Source: Takakia lepidozioides
Taxonomy: Eukaryota; Plantae; Bryophyta
DNA: 64,000 nt
Direction: 5' to 3'
Assembly: GCA_030704615.1 (NCBI GenBank)
Contig: CM060734.1
Location: forward strand, 7,254,001 to 7,318,000
This document shows, piece after piece, positions 1-12,204 of the stretch. The position numbers and the translations under genes were made by a program. Numbering within the stretch: position 1 is the stretch's first letter; every line of letters begins with the position of its first letter. The notes under the pieces are model-generated. The model made no database searches. It saw only the letters and a program-made list of their open reading frames with translations, and was not told the DNA's origin.

Positions 1-265
1 CGCTGAGGGTGTAAGCCATTCCATGCCATTGTACTTGTGGGACATGATGGAGGAGATGTATGGAGCTACCAAGGGGCCATGTAGGTACTCTGGAGCTGTG
101 GGCACCATCGAGCTTGATGACTTCATACAGGAGTTTGACAGTTGGTGTGATTTGCAGCAAATGCGCAATCCACAACTGTTTACGCCCTTTATGGCGTGGA
201 AGGGGCTGTTCCAACACCTTGAGGGGCTGCCCATGGATGATTACCATGAATTTAGGCGGGGACAT

Positions 266-1330
266 GATTTGAAGGGCATACCTTCCAACATCTGTCAACA
301 CCGAATTGAATTGGAAGTTGATACGAAACCAGTTCGTCAGAATCTTCAACCGTTACAGAATGAACCCCAACTATACAGCTAAAGTTTGGGAAGAAATCAA
401 GAAATTACTGGATGGAATATTCATATACCCAGTAGAGACACCACAATGGTTATCACCCATTGTGATAGTACCCAAGAAGAATGGTAAATTACGAGTATGT
501 GTGGACTACCGCAAATTAAGCGCAGGAACCAAGAAAGACCCATTTCCACTACCTTTCACAGAGATAGTGTTGGACACAATAGCAGGACATGAGATGTACT
601 CACTCATGGATGGGTTCAGTTGGTACAATCAGGTACAAATGGCAGAAGAAGACCGAGAAAAGACCGCATTCATTACTAAATGGGGAGCCTACGCTTACAA
701 AGTCATGTCATTTGGACTTTGCAACGCACTAGCCACGTTTCAGCAAGCAGTATCTGAGATATTCGAGAGTTATCTCAATGATTTTATGCAGGTATTCTTG
801 GATGATTTATGTGTCTTTGGACAGATATCCAAACACCTGGCACAGTTAAAACTTTGCCTACAAGCCTGCAGAGACAATGGAGTAAGTCTCAATCCGGAAA
901 AATGTACATTTTGTGTGAATTCAGGATTACGGTTGGGACACATTGTGTGCCAACAGGGAATTCTGGTAGATTTGAAGAAGGTGGATGTTATCCAGAAAAT
1001 ACCACCACCAGAAAATCCCAAGAAACTCAAGAGATTTCTGGGGTAGACAAGCTATTACAGAAGGTACATGGCCAAATATGCTCACAGAGCGGCACCAGTC
1101 TATAGACTGCTGAAGAAAGATGCCGAATACCGATGGTCTCCAGCTTGCCAGGAATCATTTGATTCACTAAAAAGGGCACTCACAGCAGCACCAATTCTAA
1201 TAAATCCAAGATTGGATTTACCATTTCATGTACATAGTGATGCATCAGGCATTGCTTTGGGGGCAGTTTTGGCCCAGAATATGATATGCACAATAGATTC
1301 ACCAATCTATTATGCAAGCAGATTGCTGAC
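266..1330 (+). pseudogene. RT/RNase H fragment of a second Ty3/gypsy family replacing part of copy 1 gag
   Basis: WLSPIVIVPKKNGKLRVCVDYR, VFLDD, FHVHSDAS, PIYYASR motifs with a stop and frameshift. Positions ~266-640 closely match the reverse complement of ~43775-44120. Confidence 0.85.
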
Positions 1331-1924
1331 TATTATGAGATTATGCACATTCCCACTATCTCACGTTCTCTCATAATGCACATTCTCTCCATCTCACAAT
1401 CACTTTACACAGAGATGCTTGGAATAGCATGGCTTTACTTCAGAGTCATCACATCATAGCATAAATACACAGTGAATCACTCTGATTCCACTGGATACAC
1501 ACTGATCACTGACACCTTCTAAGTTGCGTGCATCCCTTTTATACTATGCTCAAAAGAGCCGTTACAGCCTGCAGTCGTTAATGACCGTTGCCTAACTGCC
1601 TACGCAACCTAAAGGGTTTGCCCATGGTCGTGGTCGTGAGTCGTGGTTGTGTGCCATAGTGGTACACGGTCCACGGCCCTTCACTACTTCTTCTATTAGT
1701 AAAGCCTATGCTACCGTGGCCGTGTGATATCGTGGTTCACGGCCCACGGCTGCTACCCTACCCGCTGCTGTTCCTCGTGGTAGTGTGTTCCGCTGCTGCT
1801 AAGTGCCGAGCACTTAGCCTTTTCTGCTTTGTGGCCGGGTAGTGTGAAGTAAATCATTACCCGCCATATACCGTCGTGGCTTCAGCTGTCTTGCCCTCGT
1901 GGTACTGACACTTAGCCGTTATCA
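1331..1924. repeat. Possible solo LTR or non-coding TE fragment
   Basis: ORF-free block between two coding fragments, ending TTATCA. No TSD or partner copy seen. Confidence 0.3.
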
Positions 1925-1932
1925 GGGCTCAG

Positions 1933-3741
1933 ATGAAGCCTAGGGAAGGCCAGAGAGGATTTCAGATCCAGAGGTCTCTCCCTTCATTCTCAAGTCAACA
2001 ACAGACGAGTGTGTCATGTTGGGATTGTGGAGGACCCCATGTCAAGAAGGATTGCCCGAAGAGAGGCAAAGGACCAACACAGGCACAGCCTACACAATTA
2101 CAGTGTGGGCATTGTGGCAAGTATGGGCATGAGGAGGCCCATTGTTATGACTTGCACCCTGAGCTACGGCCACGCCAGTTCCAAGGGAACAATGGTGGCC
2201 GAGGACGAGGCAATGTAGTTCAGAGAGGTAGATGAGGCAGAGGTCGTGGTGGAGGTCGTAACCAAAACCAAGGAGCACAGGGTCAGGATCAAGGTCATGA
2301 CCAAGGCATGGTGGATAGACTTGCCCAGCTAGAGCAACGTCTTGCTGCCATGGCCACTACTCATGTTGCGCCAGCTCCAAGGCCTGAGGTTCAAGCTCCA
2401 TCTGCACAACCTCCTATGCCTAGGGAAGACCAGATTGATATGGGCTTCATGTGTGGAGCCGCACTTGCAGGGCCATTGCAAGTGGACTCTACAGCTGTTG
2501 TTACTCGAGCAGCAACTCGAGCTCATGAGCCAAAGGGAATGGATGTGGATTTTGATCCACAAAGGGGGGAAGCAAGTCGACAAACAAGGCTTCCACAGTC
2601 TTTTACATTGGCTAAGACAGTGCCAACTACGCCATCGATGGCACCTGCTCGCTCTACGTCAGAGGTGGAGCCACGAGTGTCATTGAGGAGAGTTGGTGTG
2701 GCTCGGGAAATGCTAGTGGGTGATGCTGCAAAGCAAGGTGCAGCCAGTACGTTGTTGGGGGCGGCTACAGCAATTTGTCAAACTCCATTATTTTCTGCAA
2801 TGCCGGAGATTCGGCCAGCTGCTGTGTTCAGACTAGCAGCTAGACTTTGTGAGAGTGGTGATGCATCGGCACTATCTGCGGAGATAATAGATAAGGTGCA
2901 GTCTATGGATGCCCTAGATTCGAGGGTGAAGACAGCCACAACTGCGCCATGGCAAGCGGCAGCTGCAAGGTTGCAAGAGCTGCAAGCTAGGTCAGCCATT
3001 GAGCGCAACATGGTGACTCCTGGAGTAGTCCTGGTGGACAATCAGGATGGAGTGTTTCAATTGAGTGGTCCAGCCGGGAGGAGGTATAGGCCACTGCAAG
3101 TCTTGTTGGATTCGGGTGCACAGCCATTGATGTTGGGGAGAGCAGTAATTGCAGGCTTGGGCCTTACAGAGGCGGATTTGGAGCCTTGCCCTTTCCAAAT
3201 TCAAACATTTTTGCGTGGTTCAGAGAAGGCGCGAGGGATCACACGCCATGAGCTCTTCATCCGATTGCAGCCAGATCATCATACGGACGGCTCAGTCATG
3301 AGAGCCAAAGCCATTGTTACAGACGCGATGTCATACGATGTGCTTGTTGGTGGGGCGGTGTTGTACCCCATGGGATTTACTCTGGACTTTTGGGAGGAAA
3401 CGGCATCCTACAGGCCGGAGTGGCAATCAGGGGATGGCCGACGTGCACTACTCCTAGTGCGGTTTGTTGGGAATATAGTGGTGGATCATAGGAACATGAT
3501 GCCCACATTGGCTGCATTCTCAGGGGTGGTGGCTCGGGGTGGTGAGCTCTTGGAGGCCAATAGCCATGCAGATGATAGGCCACCATCTGATGAGGAGTAC
3601 AAACAACTGGCATACAAGGTTGAGTTGCTTCCTCATGTGCCTGTTCATATTCCACTGTGGGGTACGGTTGGGAATTTGCAGCAAGTAGCAGGGCGAGTGT
3701 GTGCACCAAGCATGGCAGGAGGCCTTTCCATTGATGAGTGA
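1933..3741 (+). pseudogene. Copy 1 Gag C-terminus (two Zn knuckles) and aspartic protease
   Basis: CWDCGGPHVKKDC, CGHCGKYGHEEAHC and VLLDSGAQPL. ORFs 1933 and 2308 share a frame, separated by one TGA. Confidence 0.85.
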
Positions 3742-3819
3742 GGGGAGTTCAGTGATATCACCTGGACCTCCTCAGTTAGCTCATTTGGACACAGTGCCCA
3801 TTACCTGGCAGCCACCTGA

Positions 3820-4720
3820 CTCAGGGATTTGTTTGCTAGACCTGTTTGGAGGCACGAGCTCTGGGCTTACAAGAGTGTTGCAAGCTGGGATTAAAGTACG
3901 AAAGTACTTGTATGTGGAGAAGGATGAGATAGCTCAGCGTATTTCTATGCGCCACGTTGCCTTGCTCACACACCAGTATCCTGAGTTGCTGCCTCTCTCA
4001 GCAATTCAAGGGTACCAAAAGGCCTTGCCAGCAGACATTACCTTGTTGGGGGCAGATGATTTGGGCCGGCATGGTGCAATTGACTTGGTGATGGCTGGAT
4101 GGCCTTGCTAAGGACACTCTCCCGCAGATCATGGGAATGACTTGCATGATGTAAGGTCGCATTTGTTTTGGGAGATGTTACGAGTGTTGCGTGACTTGCA
4201 GGTGAGGCAAGTGCAACCTCGGGCCAAGGTTATGGCTAGTGTGCATCAGGTGCGGTCTTGGATTGGACCAGCTATATTATTGGATGCAGCTGCAGTGGGT
4301 TCACGGGCACATAGGCCTAGGTTGTGGTGGACCAATCTTGCACCACCAGAGTTGCTTAAGAGAGCCTATGATTCCATTCAACGGCCACCCAACCTCACGG
4401 TTGAGGGCATTTTGGACCAAGGGAGGCAACCACAGAGAGTGCGATATGATGACCATCCACCTTTGGCGGTGGTCAATCGAGTGGGGCAACCACGTGCGGC
4501 CTTGCCTACACTCATGAGTTTTCCCTCGTCTCATGCTTTTCGAGACAATGGTCCAGGGTTGATTTGGGACAATGCGCTACAACAATTGGTGGAGCCTAGT
4601 GCGGATGAGCGAGAGCGGGCAATGGGGTTTGCCACGGGCACTACAGCTATGCCAGCTTTGTCAGAGGCATCACTACGTCAGGTGTTGGGTCAGGCAATGG
4701 ATCTCAATTGCTTGACTGGC
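3820..4720 (+). pseudogene. C5 cytosine DNA methyltransferase domain within pol, copy 1
   Basis: Motif I LLDLFGGTSSG, motif II YLYVEKD, motif IV IDLVMAGWPC followed by TAA, motif VIII AHRPRLWWTNL, motif IX ERERAMGF, motif X LGQAMD. The ENV segment is deleted in this copy. Confidence 0.9.
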
Positions 4721-5761
4721 TTGTGCATGGCTGAGCAACGGAGATTGCAAGCATTGGTGGCTATTTCTGCACTTCCATTGGATATTACACCCTCTCTGCC
4801 AACCGGGACGGTGGAGGCAGTGAGTGGGGGCGAGCACAAGATCATGGAGTGCAAACACCCATGACAGATGTGGGATGAGATGCAGAAAGAGAGAGTCATT
4901 GGATCTCTCAAGGAATATGAGGAGTGGAGAGAGCCGTACATGGAGGATCAGTTGGAGGCCAAGGTGGCTAAGGCTCTTGAAGAGGTTGATGATGTTTCTT
5001 TGCGGAGGATGTTCTCAAGGTGGCTATGGTGGAGCAAGTGGAGGCTACGCCACAGTCAGGGTGGGCAGACAAGGCCCAAGAGGTTGCTATCTAGCAATCA
5101 AAGTATACGTCTCCTACCTCCAAGCCTGGTGTACCCAAGGTTGCAGTCACTGAGGACAATTGGGAACCAGATGTTGGACCTACAGTCACCGGAGGAGAGA
5201 GACGGAGGATCCGGCGATTTCTAAAGGCTTACAGAAATTGCTTTGCCTTCGGTTTGAAGGATTTGGGCGGTTTGAAGGGCCAGGAGATTCGTATTGATTT
5301 GCCAATTTTAGTGACATGCCAATTTTTCGAAGGCCCTACAGGTATAGTGACATGGAGAGGTCATTGATCCAGTCACGGACTATGGAGTTGTTCGAAGCTG
5401 GATTGGTGGAGTTGTCAAGCGGTGAGTATGCCTCAGCAACGGTGATGCTAGCTCATAAGGATATCTATGGCAATTGGACAGAAAGAAGGATGTGTGGGGG
5501 CTATCGTCCTGTGAACCGTCAGACTAACGATAGATATGCCATGCCAACTCCAGAGGAAATCTTTGATGCCACTGGGCATGCGAAGGTGTTTAGCACATTG
5601 GACTTACGATTGGGTTATCACCAGTTGCCAATCAAAGAGACTGACAAGCAAAAGACGTCATTATGTGGGAATGATTGTTTGTACTAATGGCGCTTCCTAC
5701 CATTTGGGTTGAAGAATGCTCCTGCAGAGTTTCAGAGGGTCATGGATAAGATTCTTGCAGG

Positions 5762-6113
5762 TGTCAAGTTAAATAAACACAGTGTGAAACTAACTAGAAT
5801 AAAGCTAGTTATTTGTATTTAACACTTGGATTTAGTCCAAGTGTTAAGTCAGGTGTCAAATTTAGTTTGACACCTGAACCGTCTTATCTTCACGAGAGCG
5901 TCAGTCGTGCGGCTCATCTCTCTCGAGTTGAGTCTGCACGACCGAGCTCCTTCATCGTTCAGAATCTGAGTGTGCTTATGAAGGGATGATAGGTTGTTGT
6001 GGGGTGGAGTCCCCATAGCTTGGGGTGCCCCTGGCTTGACTACTATTTTTAAAGAGTGATGGTGTTGGATTTCATGTTTCTTGTGTGAATAGTGTGTTCT
6101 TAGTTTTCTATCA
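5762..6113 (+). repeat. Terminal segment B of copy 2 (5' end)
   Basis: TGTCAAG...TATCA. Near-identical to 24609-24947 (which has a 13-bp deletion). Diverged relatives at 17298-17615 and 29532-29819. Confidence 0.9.
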
Positions 6114-6131
6114 CTCGAGAGAGATGAGCCG
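6114..6131 (+). promoter_or_regulatory. Putative self-complementary primer-binding site
   Basis: CTCGAGAGAGATGAGCCG directly after B is the exact reverse complement of 5910-5927. It does not begin with TGG. Confidence 0.7.
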
Positions 6132-6389
6132 ATCTAGTTTTCTAGTGCTAAGCTAGATATGATGTTTTTGTTTTTAAGCACTATTAGAATATAGCTTGGT
6201 CACGGGGAGCCTGCGGTTAGACTGGCTATGTGTGCCGAGTGGAGCAGAATAGGAAGGCGGAAACCATTTGAAGTGTTGCTGGGGATGCCCGTTTGTTTGA
6301 GGCTGGTGGAAGCATTCGCAGGGGTTGCCTACACATTCTCATTTTGGAGTATGCGCTATAGGTAATCCTGTTGCGGTGGGGGAATGCTT

Positions 6390-7850
6390 GTGCGTGAGCC
6401 TGTGAGCCCAGTCAGGCTCACGCCACGTCAGCAAGGTTTCCCACGTGCAAGACCTAATTCCGCGGATGCCACCTATTTCCACGGAACTGTAGGCGACTAC
6501 CACGCCCCAGATTTGCCAACATTAATTTCCAAGAAGTCTCATCCCTCATCCAAATCTTAGTCGGATGAGAAATCACGGGTGGTTTGTGGATGATTTTTGT
6601 CCACGGGCACAGGATATTTCAGAGAGTACAATGTCATGTTGCGTAATGAACACGAAGGAGAATGAGTTTGTTCTGACGAAGTTCCATCCCCCTAATTCAC
6701 ATCCACTTTTCATTGATAGACGTTCTCCAAACAAACACCAGGAAATCCCTAAAGCGTCTTTGCGGTTTATGAAAAAATATGGTGCAGAACAGGTTGGCAA
6801 GACTTACAATGCAAGACACGAAACGAAGAACAACAAGGCCAACAACCATACAAAATACAAAAAACAGTCCTAAAAAAAGAATGCTTTCATTTCTTAAATC
6901 AAGGTTGCGTCAACGCAAGGTTGATTTGCATCACCCCCCAGGGAGGAAAAAAAAAAAATCAAAAAATCAAAAAATGATGCTTTCATTTCTCAAATCAAGG
7001 TTGCGTCAACGCAAGGTTGAATTGCGTCACTCCCCAAGGAGAATATATATATATATATATTCAAAAAATGATGCTTTCATTCTCAAATCAAGGTTGTGTC
7101 AACGCGAAGGTTGATTTGCATCACTCCCCCCAAGGAGAAAGAAAAAGAAAAAATCAAAAAATCAAAAAATGATGCTTTCATTTCTCAAATCAAGGTTGCG
7201 TCAACGCAAGGTTGATTTGCATCACCCCCAGGGAGAAATAAAATATAAAAAATAAAATGAAATCGTATGTCTGTCGGTGTATGTCACGTCATCAATCGTG
7301 TTGTGCGTGCGTCTACCATTTGTTGCATTCGTTCCTCAAACTCATTTGTTCATTTGCGAACACATCAAGTCACATTCAAATGAACATTCTCGGAAATCAA
7401 CCTTGTGTTAATACAAAGTTGATTTCGAGAACTTCAAATCAACCTCATGTTAACACAAGGTTGATATCAGTTCTAGGAAATCAACCTCGTGTTAATACAA
7501 GGTTCATTTTAAGTTCTTTGAAATCAACCTCGTGTTAATATAAGGTTGATTTCAGTTCTAGGAAATCAACCTCGTGTTAATACAAAGTTCATTTCAAGTT
7601 CTCTGAAATCAACCTCGTGTTGACACAAGGTTGATCTCTGCGGACGCCCTAAACCCTTAACCCATCTCACCTTCAGATGGTGAAATCCCACGGTTATAGG
7701 CCCACCATCTTTGTGGTGACGTGGCACAACCTTGGGTGGGTTCATGCCACATCAGCACCAGCACCACGTCAACGTTGTGAGCGTAGGCTCACGCCACATC
7801 ACCATTGTGTGAGCGTACGCTCACACGCTCACACGCCAGGCTCACACGGT
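6390..7850. mobile_element. MITE-like non-autonomous insertion with internal palindromic repeats
   Basis: GTGAGCCTG / CAGGCTCAC inverted ends. Four AAATCAAGGTTGCGTCAACGCAAGGTTGA-type units (6895-7230) and about six AAATCAACCTCGTGTTAATACAAGGTTGATTTC-type units (7393-7635). No TSD resolved. Confidence 0.5.
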
Positions 7851-7899
7851 AGCGTCGTTGCTTGCGGTGGGGTCCTTGGTGTCAAAAGCAGGCTGCTGC

Positions 7900-9280
7900 G
7901 GTGGTGGGAGGATCAGCGTGGCCGCGGCGGATGGTTTTGCTGCAGAGCTCGTGATTCCCAAACGAGGGGATCAGCGTGATGGAATTCCAGCAAGGCAAGT
8001 GGGTTGTATCCACCCGTCGTTGCTTCCGGTATCATGCTTGCATCTCCCAGCACTAAGGGATGAGTGGCCGAGCTGTTGGGAGGGGGAAGCTTAGCGAGAA
8101 CCACATTGGCGTGATTGTAGAAGTTGGCGAGGTGGAGCAGGTCCGTTCAGACTGTGGATGTGCGGGCCGAACTTGACCAATCGATCAATGACAAGGGATG
8201 GAGGCTTATTGCACCATTGGAGACTCGCTTGTCATGTACAGGGAGAGGTAGTCGGTAGTGGCGAGGAGGTCGTATGCTTTCTTTACTTCTCCTTGCACCG
8301 CGGTCCCGGAGGCCATCTCCATGACGAACGCCATGTTGCCTTTCAAGAGCGCGATGCCATCGGTCGCAGGGTGTAGTAGTTCGATTTTGAGGATCCCATA
8401 CCACATCTTGTTTCTATGTTTTGTGAATGGCGTGATTGGATTGTACAAGACAGTTCCCAGGGGGCGGCTATGTCTTCATACCTGACTGCATGAGCTTCTG
8501 CTGGTGTGAATGTGGCTGCTAGGTGCTTTTACTGTAGGAATCCGAAGCATTTGAGCCTGATTCCAGGCCTAATCGCTGGTCTCGCATGTGCGTGGGCGGC
8601 TATGTCTTCATACCTGATTGCATGAGACCACATGAGACCCCCTGCTTGATACTCTGCATAGAAAAGGGTCTTGAATGCAAAGGTGCCCGACCAAGGAAGC
8701 CAGCCAGTTGGGTTAACAACTGCTCTCAAATGTACCGTGCGAGAATCTAATTTCCAGGGTCGCTCCATATACGTTGGGAACTGGTATGAATTCTTTTGTG
8801 AGATGGGTTGTTCCACCGAAGGTAAAGCGCTGGCAGGAAAAACCCCTATTTGATTTGGATGTATTCTACCCTGGGCCGCATATGTGTTTTGTTGGCGGAT
8901 CAAACCAGTCTCGGCCAAGATGGTGCATGTTTCAAACATTGCGGCTGCATGAATTGACGGTGCCATAGATTGTACAATCTTGGTAAAACCAACGGAAGAA
9001 GCAGCATACGTGGTCTTGGGAAATGATCAATGCACTGGTCTGATCCAGAAATTTCCCTTCCTGCATTATCGACATCAGTTCTGCCCAATAACCAAGCGAG
9101 TGTAGCTGTGGCACTTTGAACGTCAATTGAAAGGCTTGTAAGCTGGAATCTGATGCGGCTTGAAGAATCTGACCGTGGAGGGGTCAGATAAAAGGGAGCA
9201 GGGAAGGATGACAATTTAGGCATTAATGTGGTGTCATCTGAAACTGCCGGTCCCTTGAAGACAGAAGGGGCCCAGCTCAC
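7900..9280 (-). pseudogene. Degenerate antisense ORF of unknown function in the copy 2 leader
   Basis: Successive minus-strand protein-like ORFs (8900-9280, 8529-8966, 8206-8448, e.g. WYGILKIELLHPATDGIALLKG). A ~32-bp duplication at ~8463 and ~8595. Confidence 0.4.
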
Positions 9281-10135
9281 TACACGATCTGCTCGGCCTA
9301 TGTTAACAATCTAGAACTTGAGGGCAGCCTATGTCAATTCCATGTAAAGGCTTACACAATTAGTGATAGCGGATCTGTTGCTGCCACCTTGAAAAATCAG
9401 CACGCATGAAGGGCTGTAAGCGTTCTTGATCAAGTTATTAAGCTCTGGTGCTTTCCGGGGTTGCATTGTAAGTGCTCCTGCTTTTGTTGGGAATATTGGT
9501 GCAAAGGATTAAGGCTCGACATAGCCATAGGTCTCGGCTGGAGATGACAGCATCTGCGGATAGCAGTTCGGTGGGAGCTAGGAGGTAAGAAGCTGCAAGA
9601 TGGAGTGGAGGCGAAGGATCGAAGCTCGGGAGTCGGCATAGCTACGGATCTCGACTGGAGGAGAGCAGGTCACTGTGAACCAAGAGCTGTTGTGGTGCAT
9701 TTGTAAACACAATTGAAATCCTGGGAAATATAGGTCACGCTACCAGGGAGTCTGTGGTGAGAACTACATGAACACGTTTGGAACCTATTAAGATAACGTG
9801 GGAACAATGTTTAATGGCGAGAACGTTTTGGTGTTAAAAAATTTATTTAAAAAAAAAATAAAAAATAAAAATAAAAAACCTTTTTGATCTAATTTCAATT
9901 ATTTAGAGCCTAATTGGTCATATCTTTGTCAAATGGACTCTGTTTGACTCAGTTTTTGGGGGGATAGCTGCAGAAAGGGGAAATCTACCTATCTAGACCC
10001 GGTTTTAATTTTTTGGACTCTGCTAAAAATCTATGGAATTTTTTGAGTGTGAGTGTGCTATGAAAGATCCACAATTCTGTTTCTAGAACCTATTGTGGTC
10101 TACATGAGAGACAAATATGGGGATGTCCTCCTTGT

Positions 10136-10871
10136 ATGGCTGGGGGAAATGAGGACGTAATTGAAAGACAGGTCTCTTCTCTTAGCCTGTGCACACAAGG
10201 GGACAAGATTTATGTTTCTCAAGGAACTCAGACTGATTTGAGTGGAGACCAGTTGGACGAGTTGATTGCATACTGGGAGTCAGGCATTAGCAGTAGACAA
10301 CAAACTGCTGTAGTTGGCGTTGATGGCCTCAATATTGCTTTGGACAGTCAGAACTCTGTTGGAGCCAGCAGTTTTGCAGCTGTAGGTGAAATACCAAAGT
10401 GGGTGAAAGCTAGGCTTGGAACACAGCCAAAGACAGCCCCGGGGACCAAGGTGTTCAGCCACAAGGCCGTGGTGTACTGGAGCAGAGGAGCAGGAGCTAC
10501 ACAAGTTTGTGCAATCAGACATGGTTGTAGCCGGACACGCTCTGCACAAGGCAACCACCAGCGATGACAAGTTTGTTCTGCTTGAAGAAGATGCAATCAT
10601 TCGCAATGAGGACACCCGCAACCATCTCAAAGCTTTCGAGTTGAGAGACTGTCAGACCCTACCTTTATTTTCTTTAGTGTTCAGTGAGCGGGAGATAGGG
10701 GAGTATTGCTTTGTCTCTACCTGGCAGAAAGAGGAGGAGGGTTGGTTAGAGCGAGCTACTGTAGCTTGGGACAAGGTTAGTGGCAGGTTTCTGGACATAG
10801 ATATACCTCCTACACCTTACCATCATGCAGAGCGAGGCACTTTGAGAGAAGTCTGGCAGTTGATAGCATAG
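10136..10871 (+). pseudogene. Extra sense ORF upstream of gag (frameshifted, unknown function)
   Basis: Overlapping ORFs 10136-10567 and 10416-10871 with globular-protein composition, downstream of an AT-rich promoter-like tract (9830-9910). Confidence 0.4.
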
Positions 10872-11391
10872 ATCAGGATTAGATCTTGCTTGGTCGGGCT
10901 TCTATTCTTCCCCTCCCTCTCTTTACCATTTTCATTACTTTGTACTTGTAGTTGCCAAAGCCTCTCTTGGTGGAGGCCAGTCAGTCTGGGGTTTTGGGCT
11001 GGGATATTCTGCAGGATCAGCATTGCAGATGGATTTTGGTGTGGGGGTGTTGATGTTTTGATTTCTTGTGTTTGGATCCCCCCCAACACCTGCATGCTTG
11101 ACTGTGCGCCATGTTGGTTTTGTGTGGGCGCTTGCTTTCATAGGGATTAGGCCGGATTTGATCACCGATCAATCCTAGAGTATGCTGTCGGTGGTGAGGC
11201 TGGAGTGATGACCAGCAAGACCACCAGTGTTTCTTCTATGGTGAGACTGGGTTGATGACCAGCCAACCATAGGAGTTCTTGCGGTGGATGCAGGTGCAGG
11301 TGCCCTGAGCCACTGGGATATGACCCTTAAACTGCAACAGGTGCCCACCCGTGTCACTATTAGAATTAGTAATAGAGCCTTATAGTGTCAC

Positions 11392-11768
11392 GTGGGGGAG
11401 GTGCACATTGTGAGTGTCATCACGGAGTTACCCAAGGGTTTTGAGGGGAGTACGGCTACAGGCAGTAACAGTGAGAGTGGGTTCACAAGACGAGGTATTC
11501 GGTTCAGACCACCTTCACCTCCACCCTCAACTAGTGCAGAGTCAGACATAGACTCGAAGGCTTCATCAACAGGTGTGCAGTTTCATTCGCCATTGTTGTG
11601 GGACGACATGGAGGACATATATGGAGCTACCAAGGGGCCTCGTAGGTACTCTGGAGCTGTGGGCACAATTGAGCTGGATGACTTTATCCAGGAGTTCGAC
11701 AGCTGGTGTGATTTGCAGCAGATGCGCAATCCATAGCTGTTCACCCCATTCATGGCGTGGAAGGGACT
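11392..11768 (+). pseudogene. Copy 2 gag N-terminus (continues at 17782)
   Basis: YGATKGPRRYSGAVGTIELDDFIQEFDSWCDLQQMRNP matches 23-265. It rejoins as AWKGLFQHLEG across the copy 3 insertion. Confidence 0.88.
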
Positions 11769-12204
11769 TGTCGTGCGCATACATATTGCTACACAACTAC
11801 ATCGCTGTCCAAAACCACACAACACATGTGCACACCACACACTAGTATACCACTAGTCCACCACTAGTCCAACCACTAGGCTACAACTAGTCAGTCACTA
11901 GGCTGCCACTATGCTGCCCACTATGGTAGTCACTAGTCCACACAATCGCCCCCCTAGCTGGTGCTTAGGTCCCTCTAAGTCTAGGAAGCCACAAGATGTG
12001 ATAGTGACCATAGCCTCACTAAGTCCTCCACCACTATCCCTACTACACTCAAACTCGATAGATCAAGAGGCCGGGTGCAAGAGTTGCCCCATCATTAGTC
12101 GCCATCTTGCAACCTGTGAACTTGAGCTTGGGATCTCATGTATTGACTCCTATGAGCTTGGCCTCCCATGTCTTGTTAGCTGCCTCCAGTCATGTCCACT
12201 GCCA

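Noticed and set aside
3820-4720. Host DNMT gene or bacterial restriction-modification contamination
   Set aside because: Intronless, at the same pol position in three TE copies, with no partner endonuclease or bacterial genes.
5904-5911. GTCGTGCG in B pairing with the 3' end of A (CGCACGAC) as a circularisation bridge
   Set aside because: Only 8 bp, already explained by the local hairpin, and not conserved in the other B type.
5762-6113. B as the solo LTR of an unrelated element
   Set aside because: No TSD flanks B alone. The TSD and the restored host frame pair the start of B with the end of A.
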